Positions 14,141 through 28,149 of a DNA stretch of 64,000 bases are shown piece after piece (position 1 is the stretch's first letter; every line of letters starts with the position of its first letter). The DNA comes from Octopus sinensis (taxonomy: Eukaryota). A model generated the notes under the pieces. The model worked only from the letters and a program-made list of their open reading frames with translations, was not told the DNA's origin and searched no databases. A program made the translations under genes and the position numbers. The stretch lies in contig NC_042997.1 in assembly GCF_006345805.1 (NCBI RefSeq), forward strand, positions 139,438,001 through 139,502,000, given 5' to 3'.

Positions 14141-15388
14141 TTGAGTTGTCCGAAAAGTTCGTGCCGATTTATAGTAGCTTACCTTTCGACTTATTTTAGA
14201 ACATGGTTGAGTCCATAAAATAGGATTTTACTACACCTCCATTTAGAGCACAGTTTAAGCTATCTTTTAGTGGAAGAAGGTTTATGTTCCTATAACCTGT
14301 GTTAATTCTGTAAGCCTTTAAAATGGAAGATAAGAAAGTCCATTTTCGGCATTTGATGCTTTTCTTTGTCCGTAAAGGGGAAAATTCCTCACAAGCAACC
14401 AAAGAAACATGCAGTTTACGGTGATGTTTCTTTATCCGAAAGAATTGTACGGAAGTAGTTCGCAAGGTTCCAAGCTGGAGAATGTAGTCTTATTGATAAA
14501 GAGCGATCAGGCAGACCATCCAAATCAAGTCATTTATTGAGAATAACCCACATTGCACAACCCGAGAATGGGCAGAAAGCCTCAACCTATCAAAATCCGT
14601 CGTTCATGATCACCTGGTAAAGCTTGGGTATACAAATCGCTACGATGTTTGGGTACCACATGAGTTGTGTGAGAAGAACCTTTAGGATCGCATTTCCATC
14701 TGTGATTCGCTTTATAAACGGAATGAAAACGTACCTTTTTTAAAGCAAATTGTGATAGGTGATGAGAAATGGATTATCTACCGAAATATTCAGAGAAAGC
14801 GATCCTGGAGTAAGCGACATGAACCAGCCTTAGCCACACCTAAAAAAGTCTTGCTTTGTGTCTGTTGGGATTGGAAAGGAATTCTGTACTATGAGCTTCT
14901 CCCAAGTAACCAGACAATTAATTCTGAGAAATACTGCACACAACTGGATGAGTTAAAAGCAGCAATTCAAGAGAAACGCCCAGAATTGGCCAACAGGAAG
15001 GGTGTTGTTTTTCAACATAATAATGCAAGACCACACGTTTCTTTGGGAACCAGACAAAAATTACTGCAGCTCGGCTGGAATGTGTTACCCCACCCACCAT
15101 ATTCACCAGATATTGCTCTTTCGGATTTCCACTTATTCAGGTCTCTGTAGAATAGACTTAATGGTAAAAATTTCAATTCCTTGGATGACGTAAAAAGATA
15201 CCTTGATGAATTCTTTGCCATGAAACTACTTCAATTCTGGGAAGAGGTTATTTTCAAGTTAAAGGAAAGATGGAGATGCATTGCGCAACAAAATGGTTCA
15301 TATTTGGTTGATTACAAATGTAATGGCAAGTATTTATTGATCTTTTTCTTTCCTTTAAAAATCGGCACGAACTTTCCGGGCAACCCAA
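14141..15388 (+). mobile_element. Full-length mariner (DD34D) transposon with disrupted transposase
   Basis: ~30-bp TIRs ttgagttgtccgaaaagttcgtgccgattt / aaatcggcacgaactttccgggcaacccaa with TA TSD; MEDKKVHFRH at 14323, WVPHEL, GDEKW, HNNARPH, YSPDIALSDFHLF; frameshifts and stops. Confidence 0.95.
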
Positions 15389-15508
15389 TATATATATATA
15401 TATGCTTTATCTTATATTTAATCTTTCTATAAGATGTAATTTTTCTAAATGGTATAATTTAATTTTTCATTATTGAATTGATAAAAGTGGTGTTTTTTCT
15501 AATTTATA

Positions 15509-15565
<57 letters not shown>

Positions 15566-15740
15566 TATATATATATAGGAATCCCTGTTGATGCAACAGA
15601 AGTGATATAGAACAGGAGTCAGTACAAATATAGAGTATTCTTTAATACATTGTAACGACGGCTTCCACACAGATTTCGTCAGTCAAATTCACTCACAGGG
15701 CATTAGTCGGCCCAGGGTTACAGTAGAAAACACTTCATTC

Positions 15741-15789
<49 letters not shown>

Positions 15790-15963
15790 TGAGTGCGTGA
15801 GTGCGTGCGTGTGTGTCTTGAGTGAAGAATTACACAGAAGCGCGAATGTGAAACAGGAATCGCAGCCCCTTAAGCATAAGAAACGAGGTCAAGATTTTTT
15901 GCATGCTACACAAATGAGTGTAATATGTATTTGAAGGAAAGACACGTGATCCCAAAAAATATT

Positions 15964-16177
15964 GATTTAAAATTTTTGGCACAAAATCGACTTAAGCACG
16001 AGTTAAGTCGATTACATTACATTAACCCTAGAGTTCAACTGGTACTTATTTTATCGACCCGAAAGGATTTTAAGTAAAGTCGACCCCGGCGGCATTTGAA
16101 CTCAGAAAGTGAAGAGGGACAAAATACTGCTAAGCATTTTGCCCGCCGTACTAGCATTCTGCCAGTTCGCCGCCTTA
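15964..16177 (-). mobile_element. SINE family B with target-site duplication
   Basis: Minus strand aaggcggcgaactggcagaatg...ttctgagttcaaat...; flanked by tgatcccaa(a/g)aaatatt. Confidence 0.8.
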
Positions 16178-16252
16178 TGATCCCAAGAAATATTACAACC
16201 CACCAATCCTTTTCACTCGATATGACTTGACTTTAAAAATATGTCCTGATCT

Positions 16253-16640
16253 GATGCAGGTGTGGCTGTGTGGTAAAAAGTTTGCTTCCCAACCACATGT
16301 TTTTCGGTTCAGTCCCACTATGTGACATCTTGAGCAAGTGCCTTCTACTGTAGCCTGGGGCCGACTAAAGCCTTGTGAGTCGATTTGGCAGATATGTACG
16401 TGAGTATGTATATGTGTATGTATTCATGTTAGTATTATTTATGTGTGTGTTTGTTTGTTACCCCCTCTGCCGCTTGACAACCGGTCTTGGTGTGTTTACG
16501 TTTATGTAACTTAACGGTTTGACAAATGAGACAGATATAATCAGTAGCAGGCTTTAAAAAGAATTAAGTACTGGGGTCAATTCGTTCGAATAAAATTCTT
16601 CAAGGCAGACTAATGACTGAAACAAGTAAAATATAAGAAT
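16253..16640 (+). mobile_element. SINE family A
   Basis: tggctgtgtggtaa A box, ggttcagtccc B box, family tail. Confidence 0.85.
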
Positions 16641-16737
16641 TGACGGTAGCTAGGGGAGGTAATGTGCAGTGAGTATACGAAAGTAAAAGCCTAAAGTATA
16701 TATCTCTAATATATATATGTTTATATATTATATATAT

Positions 16738-16800
<63 letters not shown>

Positions 16801-16848
16801 TATATATATATATATATATATATATGGATAATCAGGTGACTTGCTCGA

Positions 16849-16893
<45 letters not shown>

Positions 16894-16896
16894 TAA

Positions 16897-17300
16897 AATG
16901 GCTGCGTGGTAAGTAGCTTGCTTACGAACCACATGGTTCCGGTTTCAGTCCCACTGCGTGGCAACTTGGGCAAGTGTCGTCTACTATAGCCTCGGGCCGA
17001 CCGAAGCCTTGTGAGTGGATTTGGTAGATGGAAACTGAAAGAAGCCTGTCGTATATATGTATATATGTATGTGTGTGTGTGTGTTTATGGCTGTGTTTGT
17101 CCACCCACCCCAACATCTCTTGACAACCAATGCTCATGCATTTACGTCCCCGTAACTTAGCGGTTCGGCAAAAGAGACCAAAAGAATAAGTACTAGGTTT
17201 ACAAAGAATAAGTCCTGGGGTCGATTTGCTCGACTAAAGGCGGTGCTCCAGCATGGCCAGAGTCAGATGACTTAAACAAGTAAAAGAGTAAAAAGAGAGA
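16897..17300 (+). mobile_element. SINE family A
   Basis: tggctgcgtggtaagtagcttgc...cagtcccactgcgtggc...aagtaaaagagtaaaaagag. Confidence 0.9.
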
Positions 17301-17307
17301 GTAGACG

Positions 17308-17371
<64 letters not shown>

Positions 17372-17490
17372 ATCACGTGACCGACCAGACCATCAGATGT
17401 TGTTACACATCGCTGGTCACAATGTGTTCGCATTGTTTTAGCCTTCGAATGACGCCACCCCGCCCCCGCTGGCTAAGCGAGCAGGCCATA

Positions 17491-17600
<110 letters not shown>

Positions 17601-18129
17601 TAATATATATAATGAGATCGAGTGACTTGCTCGAGTCAATGCAGCTCTTCCACGCTAGGTGTCCCTATCAAGCGATGATGATGATATAAACGCTTATTTT
17701 GAGTTTTAGATACATTGGTCTTTTGCTAGCTGAAATATCTCATCTGCACACGCCAGGAATGCTGATAATAGAAGTACTTCGCTAAATTTACTGGTTGATC
17801 CTGGCCATTGAAAGTTTATTGTCAGTTCATCATCTCAATATCTAGTTATATTCACCATTGACTCGATAAGGTCGACCAACATGCTACATCCTAAGATGCC
17901 TGTCTAGGCTATAAACTACATCAGGTAGTCGGACCCTAGGTCGGGAGTTCCAGGGTTTTAAGTGGTGTTGAATTACCGCTTAGCCACGTATGTTCCCAGG
18001 TCTACTCGGACCCGGAGTAGTAGTACCGGTCAGAGTCCCAACTATAGCTAAATAACATGTAACCACTGAGGTCTGGTATGGTGAAATCATGTGATGAGCA
18101 TAATAGATGTGATACAACCCACACGATAT

Positions 18130-18212
<83 letters not shown>

Positions 18213-18741
18213 AATATAGTATAGATAGATATAGATATATATAGATATAGATATGTAGATAGATAGATAGATATAGATATAGATAATATTATATGTGTGT
18301 GTATGTATACACATGTATCATATTTTCTGATAAAGTATATGTCTATCTATGTATGTATATATGTATGTATGCATTGCGTGTGCGTGTGTCTGCGTGCATG
18401 CGTGCTTGTGTATGTGTGTTGTGTGTGTGTGTGTGTGTGTGTTTTTGTGTGTGTACGCACGTGTCTGTGTGCGTTAGCTAAAAACTTGTTAAAGGGCTGA
18501 ACAATACAAAATGAAATACATAAGTAAAAACAGAATTACTGATGAAGTTTTACATTTCATTTAATATTTCTTAATATTTCATTTAATATTTCTTTAACAT
18601 TTCTTTAATATTTCGGAGTTAGGACCCGTTCATCAGGACACACAGAGGAATGAGAGATAGATTGTAGTTTATTTTGCCTTATTTCGGCCTTAAAAAATTT
18701 TTGATATCACAGAATGATTCAATGAAATTATTCTATTCTAA

Positions 18742-19200
18742 TATAAGGGTGGGCTGAAAAGCTCATAGGCTGACTATGAAGGAGTGAAGCTAGAGCTGTG
18801 AAATCATGCAGTTACGAAAGGCTATCAAAACCAAACGGCAGGAAAACTGTCAAAAGAAGTCTTGTTTCATCAGGACAATGTTCCAGCACACAAGTCCTTG
18901 TCTTCAATGGCTGCTGTGCGTGACTGCGACTTTGAACAGGTTGAGATCACCTCTCTATTCTTCTGATTTGGTCCCATCTGACTATCATTTGTTTCCCAAT
19001 ATGAAATAACACTTAGCTGAAAACCAGATGTGGACGCCATATTTGATGTTGACTTTATTTGAGCACCAGAATGAAAGCTTCTTCAGCAATGGAATCCGAG
19101 TACTTCAACAGAAGAAATGTGTGTATGTCGAAATAAACCTCATTTGCTTACATTCTATGATAGTTTCTTGGTGAGCCTATTAACTTTTCAACCGAACTAT
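18742..19200 (+). mobile_element. Internally deleted mariner
   Basis: TIR-like ends gggctgaaaagctcataggct / agcctattaacttttcaaccg; FHQDNVPAHKS...YSSDLVPSDYHLFPNMK. Confidence 0.8.
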
Positions 19201-19226
19201 ATATTGTATATTTTCAGATGAAATAT

Positions 19227-19291
<65 letters not shown>

Positions 19292-19818
19292 GAGTGTGTC
19301 CCCACGTCTGCGCACACACGTACGTGCGTTTCTGTGTGTTAGATAAAAACTTGTTAAAAGGCTGAAACAATGCAAAGTAGAAACAGAATTTCAGTTAACG
19401 TTTTATATTCCACTTCTTCAATATTTCGGAGTTAGGACTTTTCATCGAGAATGGAAGACTAATACAGTTCTCACTTTTGTACTTTATTTTGCATTATTTC
19501 GGCCTTTTAAAAAGTCTTCCTCTAATTTAATATAACCCAACGCTTGGTCCAAGCAATTCTATTCTATTACAAATACATCTATCTTCTGGAAACATTGTTT
19601 TTGATGCCTTTCCGGATTATTGGTTTTTGCGAACCAGGGATGGTCGTCTTTGTCGACACAGTATCAATTAAACAAATACTAAATTTACTAAAATAATGAA
19701 ATTAAATCAAATTGAAACGAAGATACCCGTGTGTTAGTGTAAATTAGTACAGATTAAAAGAGGTTCCAGACCATTGTGGTCCAGAAAGTTGGTATTGCAC
19801 CCGCGTATATGTATACAT

Positions 19819-19849
<31 letters not shown>

Positions 19850-19926
19850 CTTATATATATACATATATATGTAAATATATATATGTATATACATATATCT
19901 TTCTATTTATAATATATATCTAAATA

Positions 19927-20010
<84 letters not shown>

Positions 20011-20150
20011 ATATATATATATATATATACATATATATCTTTGTGTATATGTATATATGATTATATGTATGTAGTCTTTATACATATATGCAAATATATA
20101 CATAGATATATGTATATATATTTATATATAGATAAATAGATCCATACATA

Positions 20151-20207
<57 letters not shown>

Positions 20208-20495
20208 TTAATATTAGGGAGTATATCCAAACTTACAGGGAAAAATTAGATTTAGGATTAAATGAAATTTCACAGTATAAATATAAATTAAATTACTTAT
20301 TATATTATATTTATCTTTTTTAAACTTTTCGGTTAATAAAAAAAATTTTTTGATTTAAATATTTAAAAATTTTGAAATTTGAATTTTAAATTTTATATTT
20401 TATATATATATTATATTATTTTTTGTTATTTATGTATTGGTTTATGTCTATCACTGTTTGAGTTGCCTAATAGTGGTTTTATCTCTAATTTAATT

Positions 20496-20528
<33 letters not shown>

Positions 20529-21166
20529 AAAGATACACAAATATGATTATATACACATATATACTCAAAGATATATTTATACATATATCCATATTTATAA
20601 ACAAGTATATAACTACATATTTATATACATTTATGTATGGACATGCGTATACACATACATAAACGCAAGCATACACACCCATATATACACTCACATACAA
20701 TCACACACACATATATAAATAACCGCATACATGAATGAATAATTACTTTCATACATTCATACACACACACACTCACATACACACACACACATACACACAT
20801 ACATATATACATACATACATACATACATACATACGTACATACATACATACGTACATACATACATACATACATACATCCATACATACATGCATACATACAT
20901 ACATACATACATACATACATACATACATACATACATACATACATACATACATACATACGTACTTTTCCCAGTCAGTTAAATATTTGAAATCTATTCTTAC
21001 CTGTGACTCTTCTTACAAGCGACTCCACCTTAATACATATCCAATAGATTTGACAAACTTATGTAATTTCAACATAATCAGATACGCATATTCGCACTCT
21101 CCGCCTCCGCCTCTCCCACTCTCTCCCTTGATCTGTCTGTCTGTCTCTGTGCCTTTCTCTTTCTCT

Positions 21167-21227
<61 letters not shown>

Positions 21228-21241
21228 TCACACACACACAC

Positions 21242-21276
<35 letters not shown>

Positions 21277-21525
21277 GGTGAATTACACTTGTCCCTCAAC
21301 TTTTATGTCTTTCCTTTCTCTTCACCACCGCCGCACCCAGCAACACCTTTTTTTTTTTTGACATATCCAAGAATTTATAGTAAAAAAAATACACCTAAAT
21401 TTCCCCTTCCCACTCTCATTCCTCTCTCTTTTCTCTCTCTTTCTCTTTCTTTAATATATCTATATTTTTCTATTGCTCTTTCTCTCTCTTTGTCTCTATT
21501 TCTCTGTATTATATATATATATGTA

Positions 21526-21554
<29 letters not shown>

Positions 21555-21557
<3 letters not shown>

Positions 21558-21709
21558 TATCTTTTACATGGTTCAGTCATTAGACTGCAGCCATGTTGGG
21601 TCACTGCCTGGATGAATTTTTAGTCGAATGAATTTTTGTCGAACCGCTAATTTACAGAGATGAAAACATGCTAACACCGGTTGTCAGGCGGTTGTGAGGG
21701 ACAAACACA

Positions 21710-21756
<47 letters not shown>

Positions 21757-21767
21757 GCACGCACACA

Positions 21768-21820
<53 letters not shown>

Positions 21821-22030
21821 CACACACACACACACATGAACATAGACTTTCGTGATATATATACACAAAGGTCTTCTTTCAGTTTTTCGTCTACCAAATC
21901 CAGTCACAAGACTTTGGTTGGTTCGAGACTATAGTGAAAGACACATGTCTAATGTGCCATAGTGGGACTGAACTCAAGACTACGTTGTTGAGAAGTTAGC
22001 TTTTTAACCACACAGCCACACCCACGCCAT
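21555..22030 (-). mobile_element. SINE family A with expanded internal (CA)n
   Basis: Head ...aaccacacagccacacccacgcc and family body and tail matches. Confidence 0.8.
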
Positions 22031-22225
22031 ATATATTTTTATCTTCTTTATTCTTACTCACTACTTTCCTTTTCCTTATGGGCGATGGATTGGCACAGTC
22101 GTAAGAATGTCGGTCAAAATGAATTGTCCCAGCTCTTTACATTCTGAGTTCAAATCACGTCTAAGTCATCATCGCAGTCTATGAAATGAAGTACCGGTCA
22201 AGTACTATAAAGTAAAGTACAGTTA

Positions 22226-22436
22226 CCTTCTCGAGTCATGCCGACTCATAAGGGCCCGTTTCCCGGTTTCGTGGCTGATATATTCCCCACCTGGACGGGA
22301 CGCCAGTCCGTCGTAAGATTACTCATTTCTGCCTGCTGAGTGGACTGGAGCAACGTGAAATGAAGTGTTTTGCGCCGCCCGGTCCAGGAATCGAAACCAC
22401 AATCTTACAATCATGCGTCCAACACCTTAACCACTA
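22226..22436 (-). mobile_element. tRNA-derived SINE family D nested in a family-B remnant
   Basis: Minus strand tagtggttaaggtgttggacgcatgattgtaagattgtGGTTTCGATTCCtggacc; aagtact on both sides; family-B sequence at 22077-22208 resumes after it. Confidence 0.7.
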
Positions 22437-22454
22437 AGTACTGGGTTCGATCTA

Positions 22455-22769
22455 ACCACAACATCATAAGCGGAAAGTGTAACCTCTCGAAAGAGCTGTT
22501 CTTCACTCCTGCTCCAGAGCGTCGGCTGCGGGGTCATTCCGAAAAGCTCTACCTGCGACGATTTCATCTCAATCGAAGGAGAGGAGCTTTCTCCGTCCGG
22601 TTTGCGTATCCGTGGAACAAGCTGCCAGACGAGATGGTGAAGATGCCGACGACCGCTTTGTTCAAAGCCTCCCTTGACCTCAAGTGGCCTGAACTCTTTA
22701 CATGAACACCACCCTGTACTTAACTCCATGTCCCCCTACATGGCCTTGCTATTTGCTTTTGAGCCAAAT

Positions 22770-22802
<33 letters not shown>
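22455..22802 (+). pseudogene. CR1-clade LINE 3' end with (CTAA)n tail
   Basis: LRGHSEKLYLRRFHLNRRRGAFSVRFAYPWNKLPDEMVKMPTTALFKASLD*, short 3'UTR, then taac repeats. Confidence 0.85.
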
Positions 22803-23084
22803 GCTGATCAACATAAAATATGCGAACGTGGTACAAGACTGTCTAAATTTCCGTCCCAACGTGGAGCTCCCACGTCAGCTATAGCGATTGCGGTACAATG
22901 GTTTCACCTTGATATTATCTATTTCCGATTCCTTATGACGCTATCAACACGCACGCGCACACTCACGCAAACAAACGCGCGTACAGGCACGCAACTGTAC
23001 GCAAGCATTCTTTTATTAACTCATATTTACATATATATGAAGAGTTAAAGCTAATAGAAAAAAATGGCTGCTCTTCCTTTCTCT

Positions 23085-23458
23085 CCTATATTCCTTCCCC
23101 CTCTCTCTCTCTCTCTTTCTATGTTTATCTATCACTATCTCTCTCTGTCCCTCCCTGTCTTTCTCTTTTTCTCTCTCTCACTCACTCTCTCTCACACACA
23201 CACATGTGTGTGGCTGTGTGTATGTATTAGAGTCGATATTTTTGTCTTCATTTCCTCACTTCCTTGTCTTCACTTTCTCTCTCCACAAACCAATCTCTTC
23301 TCTCTCTCTTTCTCTCTCCCTCACTCTCTATCTATCTATCTATCTCTCCCAATCATTCTTTAACACAGTTTTGTTCTCTTTTGCTCTTTCTTATTCTCTA
23401 TCTCCAACTATATATATCTCTTTTCTTTTACCTCACTCCCCTACTCTCTCATACCTAG

Positions 23459-23496
<38 letters not shown>

Positions 23497-23870
23497 GTTA
23501 ATTCCTCTTACTTGCTTTCTTTCTATAATAATCTCTATCTCTCTCTTATTCTCTTCACCCCTCCCTTTACCTATCTATCTACCTATCAATTTATCTACCT
23601 GTTTGTCTTCCACATCTTTGTCATCCTCCTGTGTCTCTCACTGCCATTACTGTCACCCTAATGCCTTCTCTTTCTCTCTCTTTTTTTTCTCTCCCAATGT
23701 CTCTCTGTCTCTGTCTGTCTGTCTGTCTCTGTCTCTCTCTGTCTCTCTCATTCTCTCACTCTTTCTCTCCCTCTCTCTCTCCCATCAGCCTTCTCTTTCT
23801 CTCTGACACCGTTTATCTTTCTGTCTGTCTCACTACTTCTCAGTCACTCACCTTGACATTTTTCACTTAT
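23085..23870. repeat. CT-rich low-complexity tract
   Basis: Degenerate (CT)n/(CTAT)n/(CTGT)n over about 800 bp. Confidence 0.85.
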
Positions 23871-24380
23871 TTCTAAAGTGATCATTATGCAACCGTATTG
23901 AAACAGATTGAAAACTTGAAAAAAAAAATGTAACGTCAACAAACAACAATATTAACAATAAAAAAAAAATTACTGATAATAATGATGATACCCAACATAC
24001 GCATAAAAAATACTAGTTTATCGAGTCGAAAGATATAGGAGAATCCTTTTGTGGAAGAATAACAATGATAGTAAGTCTAAAATCGCTAGAGCGGAACGTT
24101 TTGAAAGGTGATTATTTGAATGTTTCTGACTAAATGTCATAAACATTTGAGTTACACAAAGATATCTAGTACGCCTTGTGTGTGCCAGTGTGTGAGTGTG
24201 TGCGTATATTCATATATATATATTTATATATACACGTATGTATATATATATTCAGCGACAGCCTGACAGATAGACAGACAAATATTTGTGTCTGTATATA
24301 TGCGTGTACATGAACCCCTTGTAAGAAACCGATTGGTAAGATCAACCGTGATGGATATATAATACTGTACACTTCAATTA

Positions 24381-24468
<88 letters not shown>

Positions 24469-24472
24469 ATAT

Positions 24473-24505
<33 letters not shown>

Positions 24506-24835
24506 ATATATATTTACATATATATATGTATATACATATACATATACATATACATACACATATATCGCACCTTCGAAACACGCTGGAGTTGAACTAGGGA
24601 CAGCTGATGAAGGAGATTTTTCCTTGTGTAGTTTGTCTTGTACACAGTTCTTTCGTTGTTAAAAAAAAGGTCCGTTCCATGCTTGTTTTTTCGTTTTCGC
24701 CTAATTGTGGTGTCCTGTACTCACGTATATATATTTATATATGCATGTATATATACATGTAGATGTAGGTACGTACATATATGTATGTTTGAATATATTT
24801 TATTTTTTACACTATTATATATATATATATATATA

Positions 24836-24983
<148 letters not shown>

Positions 24984-25198
24984 TCGAATTTGTGTGAATG
25001 TGTAGAGAATAATAAATATAGCAGTTGGCACCGCTTTCATTTTTTTTTATTATGGTATTCTAACATTAAAAATGTATTTTGTAATGCTCATAACGTTAAA
25101 TTAGCGCTTTCATTTCATACATGTAATCATCAAATTTCAAATGTGTTTAACTGACAGTTGAATTCTTGACAACTATACATGTATGTATATATACATAC

Positions 25199-25229
<31 letters not shown>

Positions 25230-25568
25230 ATATATTCAGATGTATATGTACATATATATGCATATATTGGTGAAACAGGAATAAAATGGCAAACACATAT
25301 GTATACCCTTTTTATTATATATTTTTTATTAAATATCTAAATTAAATGTCCTTGGCAAGTCTTGCCAAACGGTTTACCTTTTCATTTGTTTTAATCTATA
25401 CCTACCTGCCCATTGAGAAGCCACTCCTAGCCGCTTCAGAACGGTAGTCTCAACATAACATGTTGAACTGCAATTCAAACTGGAGTTTTAGTCGCATAGC
25501 AAATTGAGCCCTCGGAGTGCATACCTATTAGTTTGGATCACCTGACGAAAATTCCTCATATAATTTGT

Positions 25569-25646
<78 letters not shown>

Positions 25647-25647
25647 A

Positions 25648-25815
25648 GGTCACTCTTGAGTGCTACTGGTAACATGTAACCCAATACAACCTCTCGCATG
25701 GTCGGGTCTTCTAGCAACCCCACCAGGCTTGATTGGTGAGGAGGGGGTTGTTGGGTACCCTGCGGGATGAAAAGTAATACCTGTCAAAGGGCAGATGAAC
25801 TTCTGAACAGTCAAT
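25648..25815 (+). mobile_element. RTE-type 5'UTR fragment with a partial HDV-like motif
   Basis: Homologous to the head of 34596-35144 (-); directly follows (TG)n; the P4/J4-2 segment is deleted. Confidence 0.6.
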
Positions 25816-25819
25816 TTCT

Positions 25820-26938
25820 TTATTAACCATGAGGTTGAGAAAGAGAGGGGGCGATACGAGGACAGATAAAATAAACATTGGGGTCAGAGTATCGAATGAG
25901 ACGAAACATATGAATAAACAATTAAAATATATACAATAAAATAAGAATGAATGATTTACAAAAACTGAAGCGGAGGACGTGGTCAATCCCACAAACCACA
26001 TACTCACACAGAAGACTTTGCCTTGTCCTTTTTTTGTTCTCGTTTAGACGGGTTGTTTCACTCGCAACATACTTTACTCTTTTTTACTCTTTTTTACTCT
26101 TTTTACTTGTTTCAGTCATTCACTGCGGCCATGCTGGAGCACCGCCTTTAGTCGAGCAAATCGACCCCAGGACTTATTCTTTGTAAGCCCAGTACTTATT
26201 CTATCGGTCTCTTTTGCCGAACCGCTAAGTTACGGGGACGTAAACACACCAGCATCGGTTGTCAAGCAATGCTAGGGGAACAAACACAGACACACAAACA
26301 TATTCACACACACTTATATATATATACATATATACGACAGGCTTCTTTCAGTTTCCGTCTACCAATGCTAGGGGAACAAACACAGACACGCAAACATATT
26401 CACACACACTTATATATATATACATATATACGACAGGCTTCTTTCAGTTTCCGCTAACCAAATCCACTCACAAGGCATTGGTCGGCCCGGGGCTATAGCA
26501 GAAGACACTTGCCCAAGATGCCACGCAGTGGGACTGAACCCGGAACCATGTGGTTGGTTAGCAAGCTACTTACCAAACAGCCACTACTTGCTACAGACTT
26601 CCATCTTTTACGAAACACACTTTGCGACAGCCATTTCTTCTCCAGCCTTATTTTCCGTTTCATGTAGAAAACGAAAAAGTCGATTAGCTCGAGACTGGAG
26701 ATGAACATGCCTGTTGCAATTCCTTTCACTCTCGTCTTCCATACTACCTCTTTCGCAACAGCAACTACCGAGAGAAAACAGGCTCGCTCCTTCCTATTCA
26801 GGGAGGTCGGCGGAACGATCTTAATTACAGATTCGCTCGACAGTTATTCTCTTCTCGAATGCGACAGCAGGTGATAGACAAAAGCCCAGAGTTCAGTCAC
26901 CTTGGGGCATTGCACAATCGCGTGCATGACAGCTTCAC
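25820..26938 (-). pseudogene. Tx1/L1-clade LINE ORF2 C-terminus and 3'UTR, interrupted by a SINE
   Basis: EAVMHAIVQCPKVTELW...AVAKEVVWKTRVKG...KRKIRLEKK...FRKRW; similar to 45090-45225. Confidence 0.7.
26075..26588 (-). mobile_element. SINE family A with an internal ~96-bp tandem duplication
   Basis: caatgctaggggaac...cagtttccg occurs twice (about 26267-26362 and 26363-26458). Confidence 0.9.
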
Positions 26939-26959
26939 TTTGTGTGTGTGTGTGTGTGT

Positions 26960-27009
<50 letters not shown>

Positions 27010-27289
27010 CGTGCGTGTGTGTGTGTATTATTTTATATTTTTTAATTGCATATTTTTTACTTTCCTTTATACAATATTATTTATATGTAATTCTTATTCA
27101 CACATCGTACCTTTTTTTATTTTTTTATCATTTTTATTTTTTTATTTTTTATATGTATATTTTTACTTTTATATATATATTTATATTTATTGCATATCTT
27201 TTACTTTTTTATATTTATATATAATTCTTATTTACATTTGCAAATTACGTATCGTACCTTTCTTTTTTTATTCTTTTATGAATGAGCTA

Positions 27290-27935
27290 CTCCGCGTCGG
27301 TCACCGGAATGATATTTGATCACTTTATAGTGTCTGAGTGTCGGTTTGACATCTGGAATGGAATAGCTTACCTCATGGGCAGGTAGAAGCTCTTTAACTT
27401 TGGTTCGAAATCTACCTAGGAGAAGGAACTCTTCGAAATAAAATCTGAGACTTTGGAAGTTCCTGGTTTTGTCAATTTTCATGTCACACCGGCGAAAGTC
27501 TTCTTGGACCAATAAGTGGGGGTAGTGCAAGCTACACCCACTGAAAATTACTCATCTGCACAGGTACTTCCTGTACTCCAAATCTTAGTAAAATCATTCA
27601 ATTGGTTGGTTGGTTGGTTGGTTGGTTGGTTGGTTGGCAGAAACCTAAAAATGCACTTGTAACTTACTCTAGAATGTCTCAAGCAGATTCAGTAAAGGGC
27701 AAAAAAGGCTTGGGAACGTCGAGGGAACAGGTCTGGCTCGGCAGGTGTCCCAGTGTATCACAGGCTGGACCCGGTCGTCATTCTGCCGCTGTGGTCAAAC
27801 AATCTTCAAGAAAAAGCAAAAATAAACATCCTTTGAATTTTGGTTGTTGGAATGTGCGCACACTTCTTGGTGATAATTTCAATTAGAGGCCAGAAAGGTG
27901 TGCTGCATTTATTGCATGCGAGCTCAAGAAATATA
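27290..27935 (+). pseudogene. RTE-clade LINE 5' end (UTR plus start of AP endonuclease)
   Basis: UTR motif cctaggagaagg-aactct; LNFGCWNVRTLL..RPERCAAFIACELKKY. Confidence 0.7.
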
Positions 27936-28149
27936 TATATTATATAAGAAATAATATAGAGAGACAGATAGGCATAGAGATAAATAGACAAATATATATA
28001 TGCATATGTGTATGTAGAGACATGTGTGTGCATGTATGTGTGTGCACATATACATACATATATAGATATATACACATTCACGAAGACACAAAAGCAAAAA
28101 AAAACAACAACAAAAGAGGAAACGACAAACCTACCCAACAATACAACTA

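Noticed and set aside
17366-17487. Hairpin-rich island between TA tracts considered as a ribozyme
   Set aside because: No catalytic core could be fitted; more likely the truncated 3' tail of a SINE.
17789-17806. tactggttgatcctgg resembling the 18S rRNA 5' end
   Set aside because: Similarity is about 14 nt and does not extend.
20290-20420. Extremely AT-rich homopolymer stretch
   Set aside because: It looks like low-quality consensus near TA tracts, with no definable structure.
25538-25570. cacCTGACGA as a hammerhead 5' half
   Set aside because: No stem II/GAAA partner occurs before the (TG)n tract.
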